A stretch of 64,000 nt of DNA. Origin: Eledone cirrhosa. Lineage: Eukaryota. The stretch lies in NCBI GenBank assembly GCA_964016885.1, contig OZ024753.1, positions 24,800,001 to 24,864,000 of the forward strand, in the 5' to 3' direction. Position numbers and translations under genes: made by a program. Position 1 is the first letter of the stretch. Every line of letters starts with the position of its first letter. The notes beneath the pieces were generated by a model. It was given only the letters and a program-made list of their open reading frames with translations. It made no database searches and was not told where the DNA came from. This document shows positions 30,931 through 47,500 of this stretch, in pieces.

Positions 30931-33900
30931 AATAATAACTCCAGTCAAGACATAGAAACATGATAGTAATAACTCCAGTCAAGACATAGAAACATAATAG
31001 TAATAACTCCAACCAAGACATAGAAACATGATAGTAATAACTCCAACCAAGATATAGAAACATGATAGTAATAACTCCAACCAAGACATAGAAACAGGAT
31101 AGTAATAACTCCAACCAAGACATAGAAACATGATAGTAATAACTCCAACCTAGATATAGAAACATGATAGTAATAACTCCAACCAAGACATAGAAACATG
31201 ATAGTAATAACTCCAGCCAAGACATAGAAACATGATAGTAATAACTCCAACCAAGACATAGAAACATGATAATAATAACTCCAGTCAAGACATAGAAACA
31301 TGATAGTAATAACTCCAGTCAAGACATAGAAACATAATAGTAATAACTCCAACCAAGATATAGAAACATGATAGTAATAACGCCAGTCAAGACATAGAAA
31401 CATGATAGTAATAACTCCAGTCAAGATATAGAAACATGATAGTAATAACTCCAACCAAGACATAGTAACAGGATAGTAATAACTCTAGCCAAGATATAGA
31501 AACATGATAGTAATAACTCCAGTCAAGATATAGTAACATGATAGTAATAACTCCAGTCAAGATATATAAACATGATAGTAATAGCTCCAACCAAGACATA
31601 GAAACATGATAGTAATAACTCCAACCAAGATATAGAAACAGGATAGTAATAACTCCAACCAAACATAGAAACAGGATAGTAATAACTCCAGCCAAGACAT
31701 AGAAACAGGATAGTAATAACTCCAGACAAGACATAGAAACAAGATAGTAATAACTCTAACCAAGACATAGAGACATGATAGTGATAACTCCAGTCAAGAT
31801 ATAGAAACATGATAGTAATAACTCCAACCAAGATATAGAAACATGATAGTAATAACTCCAACCAAGACATAGAAACATGATAGTAATAACTCCAGCCAAG
31901 ATATAGAAACATGATAGTAATAACTCCAACCAAGACATAGAAACATGATAATAATAACTCCAGTCAAGACATAGAAACATGATAGTAATAACTCCAACTA
32001 AGACATAGAAACATGATAATAATTACTCCAGTCAAGATATAGAAACATGATAGTAATAACTCCAACCAAGACATAGAAACATGATAGTAATAACGCCAGT
32101 CAAGATATAGAAACATGATAGTAATAACTCCAACCAAGACATAGAAACCGGATAGTAATAACTCCAGTCAAGATATAGAAACAGGAGAGTATTAACTCCA
32201 GTCAAGATATAGAAACATGATAGTAATAACTCCAGTCAAGATATAGAAACATGATAGTAATAACTTCAACCAAGACATAGAAACAGGATAGTAATAACTC
32301 CAACCAAGATATAGAAACATGATAGTAATAACTCCAACCAAGACATAGAAACATGATAGTAATAACTCCAGCCAAGACATAGAAACATGATAGTAATAAC
32401 TCCAGTCAAGACATAGAAACATGATAGTAATAACTCCAGTCAAGACATAGAAACATGATAGTAATAACTCCAGTCAAGACATAGAAACATGATAGTAATA
32501 ACTCCAGTCAAGATATAGAAACATGATAGTAATAACTCCAACCAAGACATAGAAACAGGATAGTAATAACTCTAGCCAAGATATAGAAACATGATAGTAA
32601 TAACTCCAGTCAAGATATAGTAACATGATAGTAATAACTCCAGTCAAGATATAGAAACATGATAGTAATAGCTCCAACCAACACATAGAAACATGATAGT
32701 AATAACTCCAACCAAACATAGAAACAGGATAGTAATAACTCCAGCGAAGACATAGAAACATGATAGTAATAACTCCAACCAAGACATAGAAACATGATAG
32801 TAATAACTCCAACCAAGATATAGAAACATGATAGTAATAACTCCAACCAAGACATAGAAACAGGATAGTAATAACTCCAACCAAGACATAGAAACATGAT
32901 AGTAATAACTCCAACCTAGATATAGAAACATGATAGTAATAACTCCAACCAAGACATAGAAACATGATAGTAATAACTCCAGCCAAGACATAGAAACATG
33001 ATAGTAATAACTCCAACCAAGACATAAAAACATGATAATAATAACTCCAGTCAAGACATAGAAACATGATAGTAATAACTCCAGTCAAGACATAGAAACA
33101 TAATAGTAATAACTCCAACCAAGACATAGAAACATGATAGTAATAACTCCAACCAAGATATAGAAACATGATAGTAATAACTCCAACCAAGACATAGAAA
33201 CATGATAGTAATAACTCCAACCAAGACATAGAAACATGATAATAATAACTCCAGTCAAGACATAGAAACATGATAGTAATAACTCCAGTCAAGACATAGA
33301 AACATAATAGTAATAACTCCAACCAAGATATAGAAACATGATAGTAATAACGCCAGTCAAGACATAGAAACATGATAGTAATAACTCCAGTCAAGATATA
33401 GAAACATGATAGTAATAACTCCAACCAAGACATAGTAACAGGATAGTAATAACTCTAGCCAAGATATAGAAACATGATAGTAATAACTCCAGTCAAGATA
33501 TAGTAACATGATAGTAATAACTCCAGTCAAGATATATAAACATGATAGTAATAGCTCACACCAAGACATAGAAACATGATAGTAATAACTCCAACCAAGA
33601 TATAGAAACAGGATAGTAATAACTCCAACCAAACATAGAAACAGGATAGTAATAACTCCAGCCAAGACATAGAAACAGGATAGTAATAACTCCAGACAAG
33701 ACATAGAAACAAGATAGTAATAACTCTAACCAAGACATAGAGACATGATAGTGATAACTCCAGTCAAGATATAGAAACATGATAGTAATAACTCCAACCA
33801 AGATATAGAAACATGATAGTAATAACTCCAACCAAGACATAGAAACATGATAGTAATAACTCCAGCCAAGATATAGAAACATGATAGTAATAACTCCAAC

Positions 33901-36900
33901 CAAGACATAGAAACATGATAATAATAACTCCAGTCAAGACATAGAAACATGATAGTAATAACTCCAACTAAGACATAGAAACATGATAATAATTACTCCA
34001 GTCAAGATATAGAAACATGATAGTAATAACTCCAACCAAGACATAGAAACATGATAGTAATAACGCCAGTCAAGATATAGAAACATGATAGTAATAACTC
34101 CAACCAAGACATAGAAACCGGATAGTAATAACTCCAGTCAAGATATAGAAACAGGAGAGTATTAACTCCAGTCAAGATATAGAAACATGATAGTAATAAC
34201 TCCAGTCAAGATATAGAAACATGATAGTAATAACTTCAACCAAGACATAGAAACAGGATAGTAATAACTCCAACCAAGATATAGAAACATGATAGTAATA
34301 ACTCCAACCAAGACATAGAAACATGATAGTAATAACTCCAGCCAAGACATAGAAACATGATAGTAATAACTCCAGTCAAGACATAGAAACATGATAGTAA
34401 TAACTCCAGTCAAGACATAGAAATATGATAGTAATAACTCCAGTCAAGACATAGAAACATGATAGTAATAACTCCAGTCAAGATATAGAAACATGATAGT
34501 AATAACTCCAACCAAGACATAGAAACAGGATAGTAATAACTCTAGCCAAGATATAGAAACATGATAGTAATAACTCCAGTCAAGATATAGTAACATGATA
34601 GTAATAACTCCAGTCAAGATATAGAAACATGATAGTAATAGCTCCAACCAACACATAGAAACATGATAGTAATAACTCCAACCAAACATAGAAACAGGAT
34701 AGTAATAACTCCAGCGAAGACATAGAAACATGATAGTAATAACTCCAACCAAGACATAGAAACATGATAGTAATAACTCCAACCAAGATATAGAAACATG
34801 ATAGTAATAACTCCAACCAAGACATAGAAACAGGATAGTAATAACTCCAACCAAGACATAGAAACATGATAGTAATAACTCCAACCTAGATATAGAAACA
34901 TGATAGTAATAACTCTAACCAAGACATAGAAACATGATAGTAATAACTCCAGCCAAGACATAGAAACATGATAGTAATAACTCCAACCAAGACATAAAAA
35001 CATGATAATAATAACTCCAGTCAAGACATAGAAACATGATAGTAATAACTCCAGTCAAGACATAGAAACATAATAGTAATAACTCCAACCAAGACATAGA
35101 AACATGATAGTAATAACTCCAACCAAGATATAGAAACATGATAGTAATAACTCCAACCAAGACATAGAAACAGGATAGTAATAACTCCAACCAAGACATA
35201 GAAACATGATAGTAATAACTCCAACCTAGATATAGAAACATGATAGTAATAACTCCAACCAAGACATAGAAACATGATAGTAATAACTCCAGCCAAGACA
35301 TAGAAACATGATAATAATAACTCCAGTCAAGACATAGAAACATGATAGTAATAACTCCAGTCAAGACATAGAAACATAATAGTAATAACTCCAACCAAGA
35401 TATAGAAACATGATAGTAATAACGCCAGTCAAGACATAGAAACATGATAGTAATAACTCCAGTCAAGATATAGAAACATGATAGTAATAACTCCAACCAA
35501 GACATAGAAACAGGATAGTAATAACTCTAGCCAAGATATAGAAACATGATAGTAATAACTCCAGTCAAGATATAGTAACATGATAGTAATAACTCCAGTC
35601 AAGATATATAAACATGATAGTAATAGCTCCAACCAAGACATAGAAACATGATAGTAATAACTCCAACCAAGATATAGAAACATGATAATAATAACTCCAG
35701 CGAAGACATAGAAACATGATAGTAATAACTCCAACCAAGACATAGAAACATGATAGTAATAACTCCAACCAAGACATAGAAACAGGATAGTAATAACTCT
35801 AGCCAAGATATAGAAACATGATAGTAATAACTCCAGCCAAGACATAGAAACAGGATAGTAATAACTCCAGACAAGACATAGAAACAAGATAGTAATAACT
35901 CTAACCAAGACATAGAGACATGATAGTGATAACTCCAGAAAAGATATAGAAACAAGATAGTAATAACTCCAGACAAGATATAGAAACAAGATAGTAATAA
36001 CTCCAACCAAGACATAGAAATATGATAGTAATAACTCCAGCCAAGACATAGAAACATGATAGTAATAACTCCAACCAAGACATAAAAACATGATAATAAT
36101 AACTCCAGTCAAGACATAGAAACATGATAGTAATAACTCCAGTCAAGACATAGAAACATAATAGTAATAACTCCAACCAAGACATAGAAACATGATAGTA
36201 ATAACTCCAACCAAGATATAGAAACATGATAGTAATAACTCCAACCAAGACATAGAAACAGGATAGTAATAACTCCAACCAAGACATAGAAACATGATAG
36301 TAATAACTCCAACCTAGATATAGAAACATGATAGTAATAACTCCAACCAAGACATAGAAACATGATAGTAATAACTCCAGCCAAGACATAGAAACATGAT
36401 AGTAATAACTCCAACCAAGACATAGAAACATGATAATAATAACTCCAGTCAAGACATAGAAACATGATAGTAATAACTCCAGTCAAGACATAGAAACATA
36501 ATAGTAATAACTCCAACCAAGATATAGAAACATGATAGTAATAACGCCAGTCAAGACATAGAAACATGATAGTAATAACTCCAGTCAAGATATAGAAACA
36601 TGATAGTAATAACTCCAACCAAGACATAGTAACAGGATAGTAATAACTCTAGCCAAGATATAGAAACATGATAGTAATAACTCCAGTCAAGATATAGTAA
36701 CATGATAGTAATAACTCCAGTCAAGATATATAAACATGATAGTAATAGCTCCAACCAAGACATAGAAACATGATAGTAATAACTCCAACCAAGATATAGA
36801 AACAGGATAGTAATAACTCCAACCAAACATAGAAACAGGATAGTAATAACTCCAGCCAAGACATAGAAACAGGATAGTAATAACTCCAGACAAGACATAG

Positions 36901-39900
36901 AAACAAGATAGTAATAACTCTAACCAAGACATAGAGACATGATAGTGATAACTCCAGTCAAGATATAGAAACATGATAGTAATAACTCCAACCAAGATAT
37001 AGAAACATGATAGTAATAACTCCAACCAAGACATAGAAACATGATAGTAATAACTCCAGCCAAGATATAGAAACATGATAGTAATAACTCCAACCAAGAC
37101 ATAGAAACATGATAATAATAACTCCAGTCAAGACATAGAAACATGATAGTAATAACTCCAACTAAGACATAGAAACATGATAATAATTACTCCAGTCAAG
37201 ATATAGAAACATGATAGTAATAACTCCAACCAAGACATAGAAACATGATAGTAATAACGCCAGTCAAGATATAGAAACATGATAGTAATAACTCCAACCA
37301 AGACATAGAAACCGGATAGTAATAACTCCAGTCAAGATATAGAAACAGGAGAGTATTAACTCCAGTCAAGATATAGAAACATGATAGTAATAACTCCAGT
37401 CAAGATATAGAAACATGATAGTAATAACTTCAACCAAGACATAGAAACAGGATAGTAATAACTCCAACCAAGATATAGAAACATGATAGTAATAACTCCA
37501 ACCAAGACATAGAAACATGATAGTAATAACTCCAGCCAAGACATAGAAACATGATAGTAATAACTCCAGTCAAGACATAGAAACATGATAGTAATAACTC
37601 CAGTCAAGACATAGAAACATGATAGTAATAACTCCAGTCAAGACATAGAAACATGATAGTAATAACTCCAGTCAAGATATAGAAACATGATAGTAATAAC
37701 TCCAACCAAGACATAGAAACAGGATAGTAATAACTCTAGCCAAGATATAGAAACATGATAGTAATAACTCCAGTCAAGATATAGTAACATGATAGTAATA
37801 ACTCCAGTCAAGATATAGAAACATGATAGTAATAGCTCCAACCAACACATAGAAACATGATAGTAATAACTCCAACCAAACATAGAAACAGGATAGTAAT
37901 AACTCCAGCGAAGACATAGAAACATGATAGTAATAACTCCAACCAAGACATAGAAACATGATAGTAATAACTCCAACCAAGATATAGAAACATGATAGTA
38001 ATAACTCCAACCAAGACATAGAAACAGGATAGTAATAACTCCAACCAAGACATAGAAACATGATAGTAATAACTCCAACCTAGATATAGAAACATGATAG
38101 TAATAACTCCAACCAAGACATAGAAACATGATAGTAATAACTCCAGCCAAGACATAGAAACATGATAGTAATAACTCCAACCAAGACATAAAAACATGAT
38201 AATAATAACTCCAGTCAAGACATAGAAACATGATAGTAATAACTCCAGTCAAGACATAGAAACATAATAGTAATAACTCCAACCAAGACATAGAAACATG
38301 ATAGTAATAACTCCAACCAAGATATAGAAACATGATAGTAATAACTCCAACCAAGACATAGAAACAGGATAGTAATAACTCCAACCAAGACATAGAAACA
38401 TGATAGTAATAACTCCAACCAAGACATAGAAACATGATAATAATAACTCCAGTCAAGACATAGAAACATGATAGTAATAACTCCAGTCAAGACATAGAAA
38501 CATAATAGTAATAACTCCAACCAAGATATAGAAACATGATAGTAATAACGCCAGTCAAGACATAGAAACATGATAGTAATAACTCCAGTCAAGATATAGA
38601 AACATGATAGTAATAACTCCAACCAAGACATAGTAACAGGATAGTAATAACTCTAGCCAAGATATAGAAACATGATAGTAATAACTCCAGTCAAGATATA
38701 GTAACATGATAGTAATAACTCCAGTCAAGATATATAAACATGATAGTAATAGCTCACACCAAGACATAGAAACATGATAGTAATAACTCCAACCAAGATA
38801 TAGAAACAGGATAGTAATAACTCCAACCAAACATAGAAACAGGATAGTAATAACTCCAGCCAAGACATAGAAACAGGATAGTAATAACTCCAGACAAGAC
38901 ATAGAAACAAGATAGTAATAACTCTAACCAAGACATAGAGACATGATAGTGATAACTCCAGTCAAGATATAGAAACATGATAGTAATAACTCCAACCAAG
39001 ATATAGAAACATGATAGTAATAACTCCAACCAAGACATAGAAACATGATAGTAATAACTCCAGCCAAGATATAGAAACATGATAGTAATAACTCCAACCA
39101 AGACATAGAAACATGATAATAATAACTCCAGTCAAGACATAGAAACATGATAGTAATAACTCCAACTAAGACATAGAAACATGATAATAATTACTCCAGT
39201 CAAGACATAGAAACATGATAGTAATAACGCCAGTCAAGATATAGAAACATGATAGTAATAACTCCAACCAAGACATAGAAACCGGATAGTAATAACTCCA
39301 GTCAAGATATAGAAACAGGAGAGTATTAACTCCAGTCAAGATATAGAAACATGATAGTAATAACTCCAGTCAAGATATAGAAACATGATAGTAATAACTT
39401 CAACCAAGACATAGAAACAGGATAGTAATAACTCCAACCAAGATATAGAAACATGATAGTAATAACTCCAGCCAAGACATAGAAACATGATAGTAATAAC
39501 TCCAGTCAAGACATAGAAACATGATAGTAATAACTCCAGTCAAGACATAGAAACATGATAGTAATAACTCCAGTCAAGACATAGAAACATGATAGTAATA
39601 ACTCCAGTCAAGATATAGAAACATGATAGTAATAACTCCAACCAAGACATAGAAACAGGATAGTAATATCTCTAGCCAAGATATAGAAACATGATAGTAA
39701 TAACTCCAGTCAAGATATAGTAACATGATAGTAATAACACCAGTCAAGATATAGAAACATGATAGTAATAGCTCCAACCAACACATAGAAACATGATAGT
39801 AATAACTCCAACCAAACATAGAAACAGGATAGTAATAACTCCAGCGAAGACATAGAAACATGATAGTAATAACTCCAACCAAGACATAGAAACATGATAG

Positions 39901-42900
39901 TAATAACTCCAACCAAGATATAGAAACATGATAGTAATAACTCCAACCAAGACATAGAAACAGGATAGTAATAACTCCAACCAAGACATAGAAACATGAT
40001 AGTAATAACTCCAACCTAGATATAGAAACATGATAGTAATAACTCTAACCAAGACATAGAAACATGATAGTAATAACTCCAGCCAAGACATAGAAACATG
40101 ATAGTAATAACTCCAACCAAGACATAAAAACATGATAATAATAACTCCAGTCAAGACATAGAAACATGATAGTAATAACTCCAGTCAAGACATAGAAACA
40201 TAATAGTAATAACTCCAACCAAGACATAGAAACATGATAGTAATAACTCCAACCAAGATATAGAAACATGATAGTAATAACTCCAACCAAGACATAGAAA
40301 CAGGATAGTAATAACTCCAACCAAGACATAGAAACATGATAGTAATAACTCCAACCTAGATATAGAAACATGATAGTAATAACTCCAACCAAGACATAGA
40401 AACATGATAGTAATAACTCCAGCCAAGACATAGAAACATGATAGTAATAACTCCAACCAAGACATAGAAACATGATAATAATAACTCCAGTCAAGACATA
40501 GAAACATGATAGTAATAACTCCAGTCAAGACATAGAAACATAATAGTAATAACTCCAACCAAGATATAGAAACATGATAGTAATAACGCCAGTCAAGACA
40601 TAGAAACATGATAGTAATAACTCCAGTCAAGATATAGAAACATGATAGTAATAACTCCAACCAAGACATAGAAACAGGATAGTAATAACTCTAGCCAAGA
40701 TATAGAAACATGATAGTAATAACTCCAGTCAAGATATAGTAACATGATAGTAATAACTCCAGTCAAGATATATAAACATGATAGTAATAGCTCCAACCAA
40801 GACATAGAAACATGATAGTAATAACTCCAACCAAGATATAGAAACATGATAATAATAACTCCAGCGAAGACATAGAAACATGATAGTAATAACTCCAACC
40901 AAGACATAGAAACATGATAGTAATAACTCCAACCAAGACATAGAAACAGGATAGTAATAACTCTAGCCAAGATATAGAAACATGATAGTAATAACTCCAG
41001 CCAAGACATAGAAACAGGATAGTAATAACTCCAGACAAGACATAGAAACAAGATAGTAATAACTCTAACCAAGACATAGAGACATGATAGTGATAACTCC
41101 AGAAAAGATATAGAAACAAGATAGTAATAACTCCAGACAAGATATAGAAACAAGATAGTAATAACTCCAACCAAGACATAGAAATATGATAGTAATAACT
41201 CCAGCCAAGACATAGAAACATGATAGTAATAACTCCAACCAAGACATAAAAACATGATAATAATAACTCCAGTCAAGACATAGAAACATGATAGTAATAA
41301 CTCCAGTAAAGACATAGAAACATAATAGTAATAACTCCAACCAAGACATAGAAACATGATAGTAATAACTCCAACCAAGATATAGAAACATGATAGTAAT
41401 AACTCCAACCAAGACATAGAAACAGGATAGTAATAACTCCAACCAAGACATAGAAACATGATAGTAATAACTCCAACCTAGATATAGAAACATGATAGTA
41501 ATAACTCCAACCAAGACATAGAAACATGATAGTAATAACTCCAGCCAAGACATAGAAACATGATAGTAATAACTCCAACCAAGACATAGAAACATGATAA
41601 TAATAACTCCAGTCAAGACATAGAAACATGATAGTAATAACTCCAGTCAAGACATAGAAACATAATAGTAATAACTCCAACCAAGATATAGAAACATGAT
41701 AGTAATAACGCCAGTCAAGACATAGAAACATGATAGTAATAACTCCAGTCAAGATATAGAAACATGATAGTAATAACTCCAACCAAGACATAGTAACAGG
41801 ATAGTAATAACTCTAGCCAAGATATAGAAACATGATAGTAATAACTCCAGTCAAGATATAGTAACATGATAGTAATAACTCCAGTCAAGATATATAAACA
41901 TGATAGTAATAGCTCCAACCAAGACATAGAAACATGATAGTAATAACTCCAACCAAGATATAGAAACAGGATAGTAATAACTCCAACCAAACATAGAAAC
42001 AGGATAGTAATAACTCCAGCCAAGACATAGAAACAGGATAGTAATAACTCCAGACAAGACATAGAAACAAGATAGTAATAACTCTAACCAAGACATAGAG
42101 ACATGATAGTGATAACTCCAGTCAAGATATAGAAACATGATAGTAATAACTCCAACCAAGATATAGAAACATGATAGTAATAACTCCAACCAAGACATAG
42201 AAACATGATAGTAATAACTCCAGCCAAGATATAGAAACATGATAGTAATAACTCCAACCAAGACATAGAAACATGATAATAATAACTCCAGTCAAGACAT
42301 AGAAACATGATAGTAATAACTCCAACTAAGACATAGAAACATGATAATAATTACTCCAGTCAAGATATAGAAACATGATAGTAATAACTCCAACCAAGAC
42401 ATAGAAACATGATAGTAATAACGCCAGTCAAGATATAGAAACATGATAGTAATAACTCCAACCAAGACATAGAAACCGGATAGTAATAACTCCAGTCAAG
42501 ATATAGAAACAGGAGAGTATTAACTCCAGTCAAGATATAGAAACATGATAGTAATAACTCCAGTCAAGATATAGAAACATGATAGTAATAACTTCAACCA
42601 AGACATAGAAACAGGATAGTAATAACTCCAACCAAGATATAGAAACATGATAGTAATAACTCCAACCAAGACATAGAAACATGATAGTAATAACTCCAGC
42701 CAAGACATAGAAACATGATAGTAATAACTCCAGTCAAGACATAGAAACATGATAGTAATAACTCCAGTCAAGACATAGAAACATGATAGTAATAACTCCA
42801 GTCAAGACATAGAAACATGATAGTAATAACTCCAGTCAAGATATAGAAACATGATAGTAATAACTCCAACCAAGACATAGAAACAGGATAGTAATAACTC

Positions 42901-44500
42901 TAGCCAAGATATAGAAACATGATAGTAATAACTCCAGTCAAGATATAGTAACATGATAGTAATAACTCCAGTCAAGATATAGAAACATGATAGTAATAGC
43001 TCCAACCAACACATAGAAACATGATAGTAATAACTCCAACCAAACATAGAAACAGGATAGTAATAACTCCAGCGAAGACATAGAAACATGATAGTAATAA
43101 CTCCAACCAAGACATAGAAACATGATAGTAATAACTCCAACCAAGATATAGAAACATGATAGTAATAACTCCAACCAAGACATAGAAACAGGATAGTAAT
43201 AACTCCAACCAAGACATAGAAACATGATAGTAATAACTCCAACCTAGATATAGAAACATGATAGTAATAACTCCAACCAAGACATAGAAACATGATAGTA
43301 ATAACTCCAGCCAAGACATAGAAACATGATAGTAATAACTCCAACCAAGACATAAAAACATGATAATAATAACTCCAGTCAAGACATAGAAACATGATAG
43401 TAATAACTCCAGTCAAGACATAGAAACATAATAGTAATAACTCCAACCAAGACATAGAAACATGATAGTAATAACTCCAACCAAGATATAGAAACATGAT
43501 AGTAATAACTCCAACCAAGACATAGAAACAGGATAGTAATAACTCCAACCAAGACATAGAAACATGATAGTAATAACTCCAACCAAGACATAGAAACATG
43601 ATAATAATAACTCCAGTCAAGACATAGAAACATGATAGTAATAACTCCAGTCAAGACATAGAAACATAATAGTAATAACTCCAACCAAGATATAGAAACA
43701 TGATAGTAATAACGCCAGTCAAGACATAGAAACATGATAGTAATAACTCCAGTCAAGATATAGAAACATGATAGTAATAACTCCAACCAAGACATAGTAA
43801 CAGGATAGTAATAACTCTAGCCAAGATATAGAAACATGATAGTAATAACTCCAGTCAAGATATAGTAACATGATAGTAATAACTCCAGTCAAGATATATA
43901 AACATGATAGTAATAGCTCACACCAAGACATAGAAACATGATAGTAATAACTCCAACCAAGATATAGAAACAGGATAGTAATAACTCCAACCAAACATAG
44001 AAACAGGATAGTAATAACTCCAGCCAAGACATAGAAACAGGATAGTAATAACTCCAGACAAGACATAGAAACAAGATAGTAATAACTCTAACCAAGACAT
44101 AGAGACATGATAGTGATAACTCCAGTCAAGATATAGAAACATGATAGTAATAACTCCAACCAAGATATAGAAACATGATAGTAATAACTCCAACCAAGAC
44201 ATAGAAACATGATAGTAATAACTCCAGCCAAGATATAGAAACATGATAGTAATAACTCCAACCAAGACATAGAAACATGATAATAATAACTCCAGTCAAG
44301 ACATAGAAACATGATAGTAATAACTCCAAGTAAGACATAGAAACATGATAATAATTACTCCAGTCAAGACATAGAAACATGATAGTAATAACGCCAGTCA
44401 AGATATAGAAACATGATAGTAATAACTCCAACCAAGACATAGAAACCGGATAGTAATAACTCCAGTCAAGATATAGAAACAGGAGAGTATTAACTCCAGT
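30850..44500. repeat. Higher-order repeat with a ~5164-bp unit (152 monomers), ~2.6 imperfect copies with +/-1-monomer slips
   Basis: ORF triplets 30945/36109/41273, 31387/36551/41715 and 32192/37356/42520. Local offsets of 5198 (33357/38555) and 5130 (34444/39574) show single-monomer indels. Confidence 0.85.
31230..35170. repeat. 1970-bp (58-monomer) tandem duplication; the same offset also links ~26.4 kb and ~28.4 kb
   Basis: ORF pairs 31387/33357, 32192/34162, 32644/34614 and 26464/28434. Boundaries are approximate. Confidence 0.85.
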
Positions 44501-47500
44501 CAAGATATAGAAACATGATAGTAATAACTCCAGTCAAGATATAGTAACATGATAGTAATAACTCCAGTCAAGATATATAAACATGATAGTAATAGCTCCA
44601 ACCAAGACATAGAAACATGATAGTAATAACTCCAACCAAGATATAGAAACATGATAATAATAACTCCAGCGAAGACATAGAAACATGATAGTAATAACTC
44701 CAACCAAGACATAGAAACATGATAGTAATAACTCCAACCAAGACATAGAAACAGGATAGTAATAACTCTAGCCAAGATATAGAAACATGATAGTAATAAC
44801 TCCAGCCAAGACATAGAAACAGGATAGTAATAACTCCAGACAAGACATAGAAACAAGATAGTAATAACTCTAACCAAGACATAGAGACATGATAGTGATA
44901 ACTCCAGAAAAGATATAGAAACAAGATAGTAATAACTCCAGACAAGATATAGAAACAAGATAGTAATAACTCCAACCAAGACATAGAAATATGATAGTAA
45001 TAACTCCAGCCAAGACATAGAAACATGATAGTAATAACTCCAACCAAGACATAAAAACATGATAATAATAACTCCAGTCAAGACATAGAAACATGATAGT
45101 AATAACTCCAGTAAAGACATAGAAACATAATAGTAATAACTCCAACCAAGACATAGAAACATGATAGTAATAACTCCAACCAAGATATAGAAACATGATA
45201 GTAATAACTCCAACCAAGACATAGAAACAGGATAGTAATAACTCCAACCAAGACATAGAAACATGATAGTAATAACTCCAACCTAGATATAGAAACATGA
45301 TAGTAATAACTCCAACCAAGACATAGAAACATGATAGTAATAACTCCAGCCAAGACATAGAAACATGATAGTAATAACTCCAACCAAGACATAGAAACAT
45401 GATAATAATAACTCCAGTCAAGACATAGAAACATGATAGTAATAACTCCAGTCAAGACATAGAAACATAATAGTAATAACTCCAACCAAGATATAGAAAC
45501 ATGATAGTAATAACGCCAGTCAAGACATAGAAACATGATAGTAATAACTCCAGTCAAGATATAGAAACATGATAGTAATAACTCCAACCAAGACATAGTA
45601 ACAGGATAGTAATAACTCTAGCCAAGATATAGAAACATGATAGTAATAACTCCAGTCAAGATATAGTAACATGATAGTAATAACTCCAGTCAAGATATAT
45701 AAACATGATAGTAATAGCTCCAACCAAGACATAGAAACATGATAGTAATAACTCCAACCAAGATATAGAAACAGGATAGTAATAACTCCAACCAAACATA
45801 GAAACAGGATAGTAATAACTCCAGCCAAGACATAGAAACAGGATAGTAATAACTCCAGACAAGACATAGAAACAAGATAGTAATAACTCTAACCAAGACA
45901 TAGAGACATGATAGTGATAACTCCAGTCAAGATATAGAAACATGATAGTAATAACTCCAACCAAGATATAGAAACATGATAGTAATAACTCCAACCAAGA
46001 CATAGAAACATGATAGTAATAACTCCAGCCAAGATATAGAAACATGATAGTAATAACTCCAACCAAGACATAGAAACATGATAATAATAACTCCAGTCAA
46101 GACATAGAAACATGATAGTAATAACTCCAACTAAGACATAGAAACATGATAATAATTACTCCAGTCAAGATATAGAAACATGATAGTAATAACTCCAACC
46201 AAGACATAGAAACATGATAGTAATAACGCCAGTCAAGATATAGAAACATGATAGTAATAACTCCAACCAAGACATAGAAACCGGATAGTAATAACTCCAG
46301 TCAAGATATAGAAACAGGAGAGTATTAACTCCAGTCAAGATATAGAAACATGATAGTAATAACTCCAGTCAAGATATAGAAACATGATAGTAATAACTTC
46401 AACCAAGACATAGAAACAGGATAGTAATAACTCCAACCAAGATATAGAAACATGATAGTAATAACTCCAACCAAGACATAGAAACATGATAGTAATAACT
46501 CCAGCCAAGACATAGAAACATGATAGTAATAACTCCAGTCAAGACATAGAAACATGATAGTAATAACTCCAGTCAAGACATAGAAACATGATAGTAATAA
46601 CTCCAGTCAAGACATAGAAACATGATAGTAATAACTCCAGTCAAGATATAGAAACATGATAGTAATAACTCCAGTCAAGATATAGAAACATGATAGTAAT
46701 AACTCTAGCCAAGATATAGAAACATGATAGTAATAACTCCAGTCAAGATATAGTAACATGATAGTAATAACTCCAGTCAAGATATAGAAACATGATAGTA
46801 ATAGCTCCAACCAACACATAGAAACATGATAGTAATAACTCCAACCAAACATAGAAACAGGATAGTAATAACTCCAGCGAAGACATAGAAACATGATAGT
46901 AATAACTCCAACCAAGACATAGAAACATGATAGTAATAACTCCAACCAAGATATAGAAACATGATAGTAATAACTCCAACCAAGACATAGAAACAGGATA
47001 GTAATAACTCCAACCAAGACATAGAAACATGATAGTAATAACTCCAACCTAGATATAGAAACATGATAGTAATAACTCCAACCAAGACATAGAAACATGA
47101 TAGTAATAACTCCAGCCAAGACATAGAAACATGATAGTAATAACTCCAACCAAGACATAAAAACATGATAATAATAACTCCAGTCAAGACATAGAAACAT
47201 GATAGTAATAACTCCAGTCAAGACATAGAAACATAATAGTAATAACTCCAACCAAGACATAGAAACATGATAGTAATAACTCCAACCAAGATATAGAAAC
47301 ATGATAGTAATAACTCCAACCAAGACATAGAAACAGGATAGTAATAACTCCAACCAAGACATAGAAACATGATAGTAATAACTCCAACCAAGACATAGAA
47401 ACATGATAATAATAACTCCAGTCAAGACATAGAAACATGATAGTAATAACTCCAGTCAAGACATAGAAACATAATAGTAATAACTCCAACCAAGATATAG

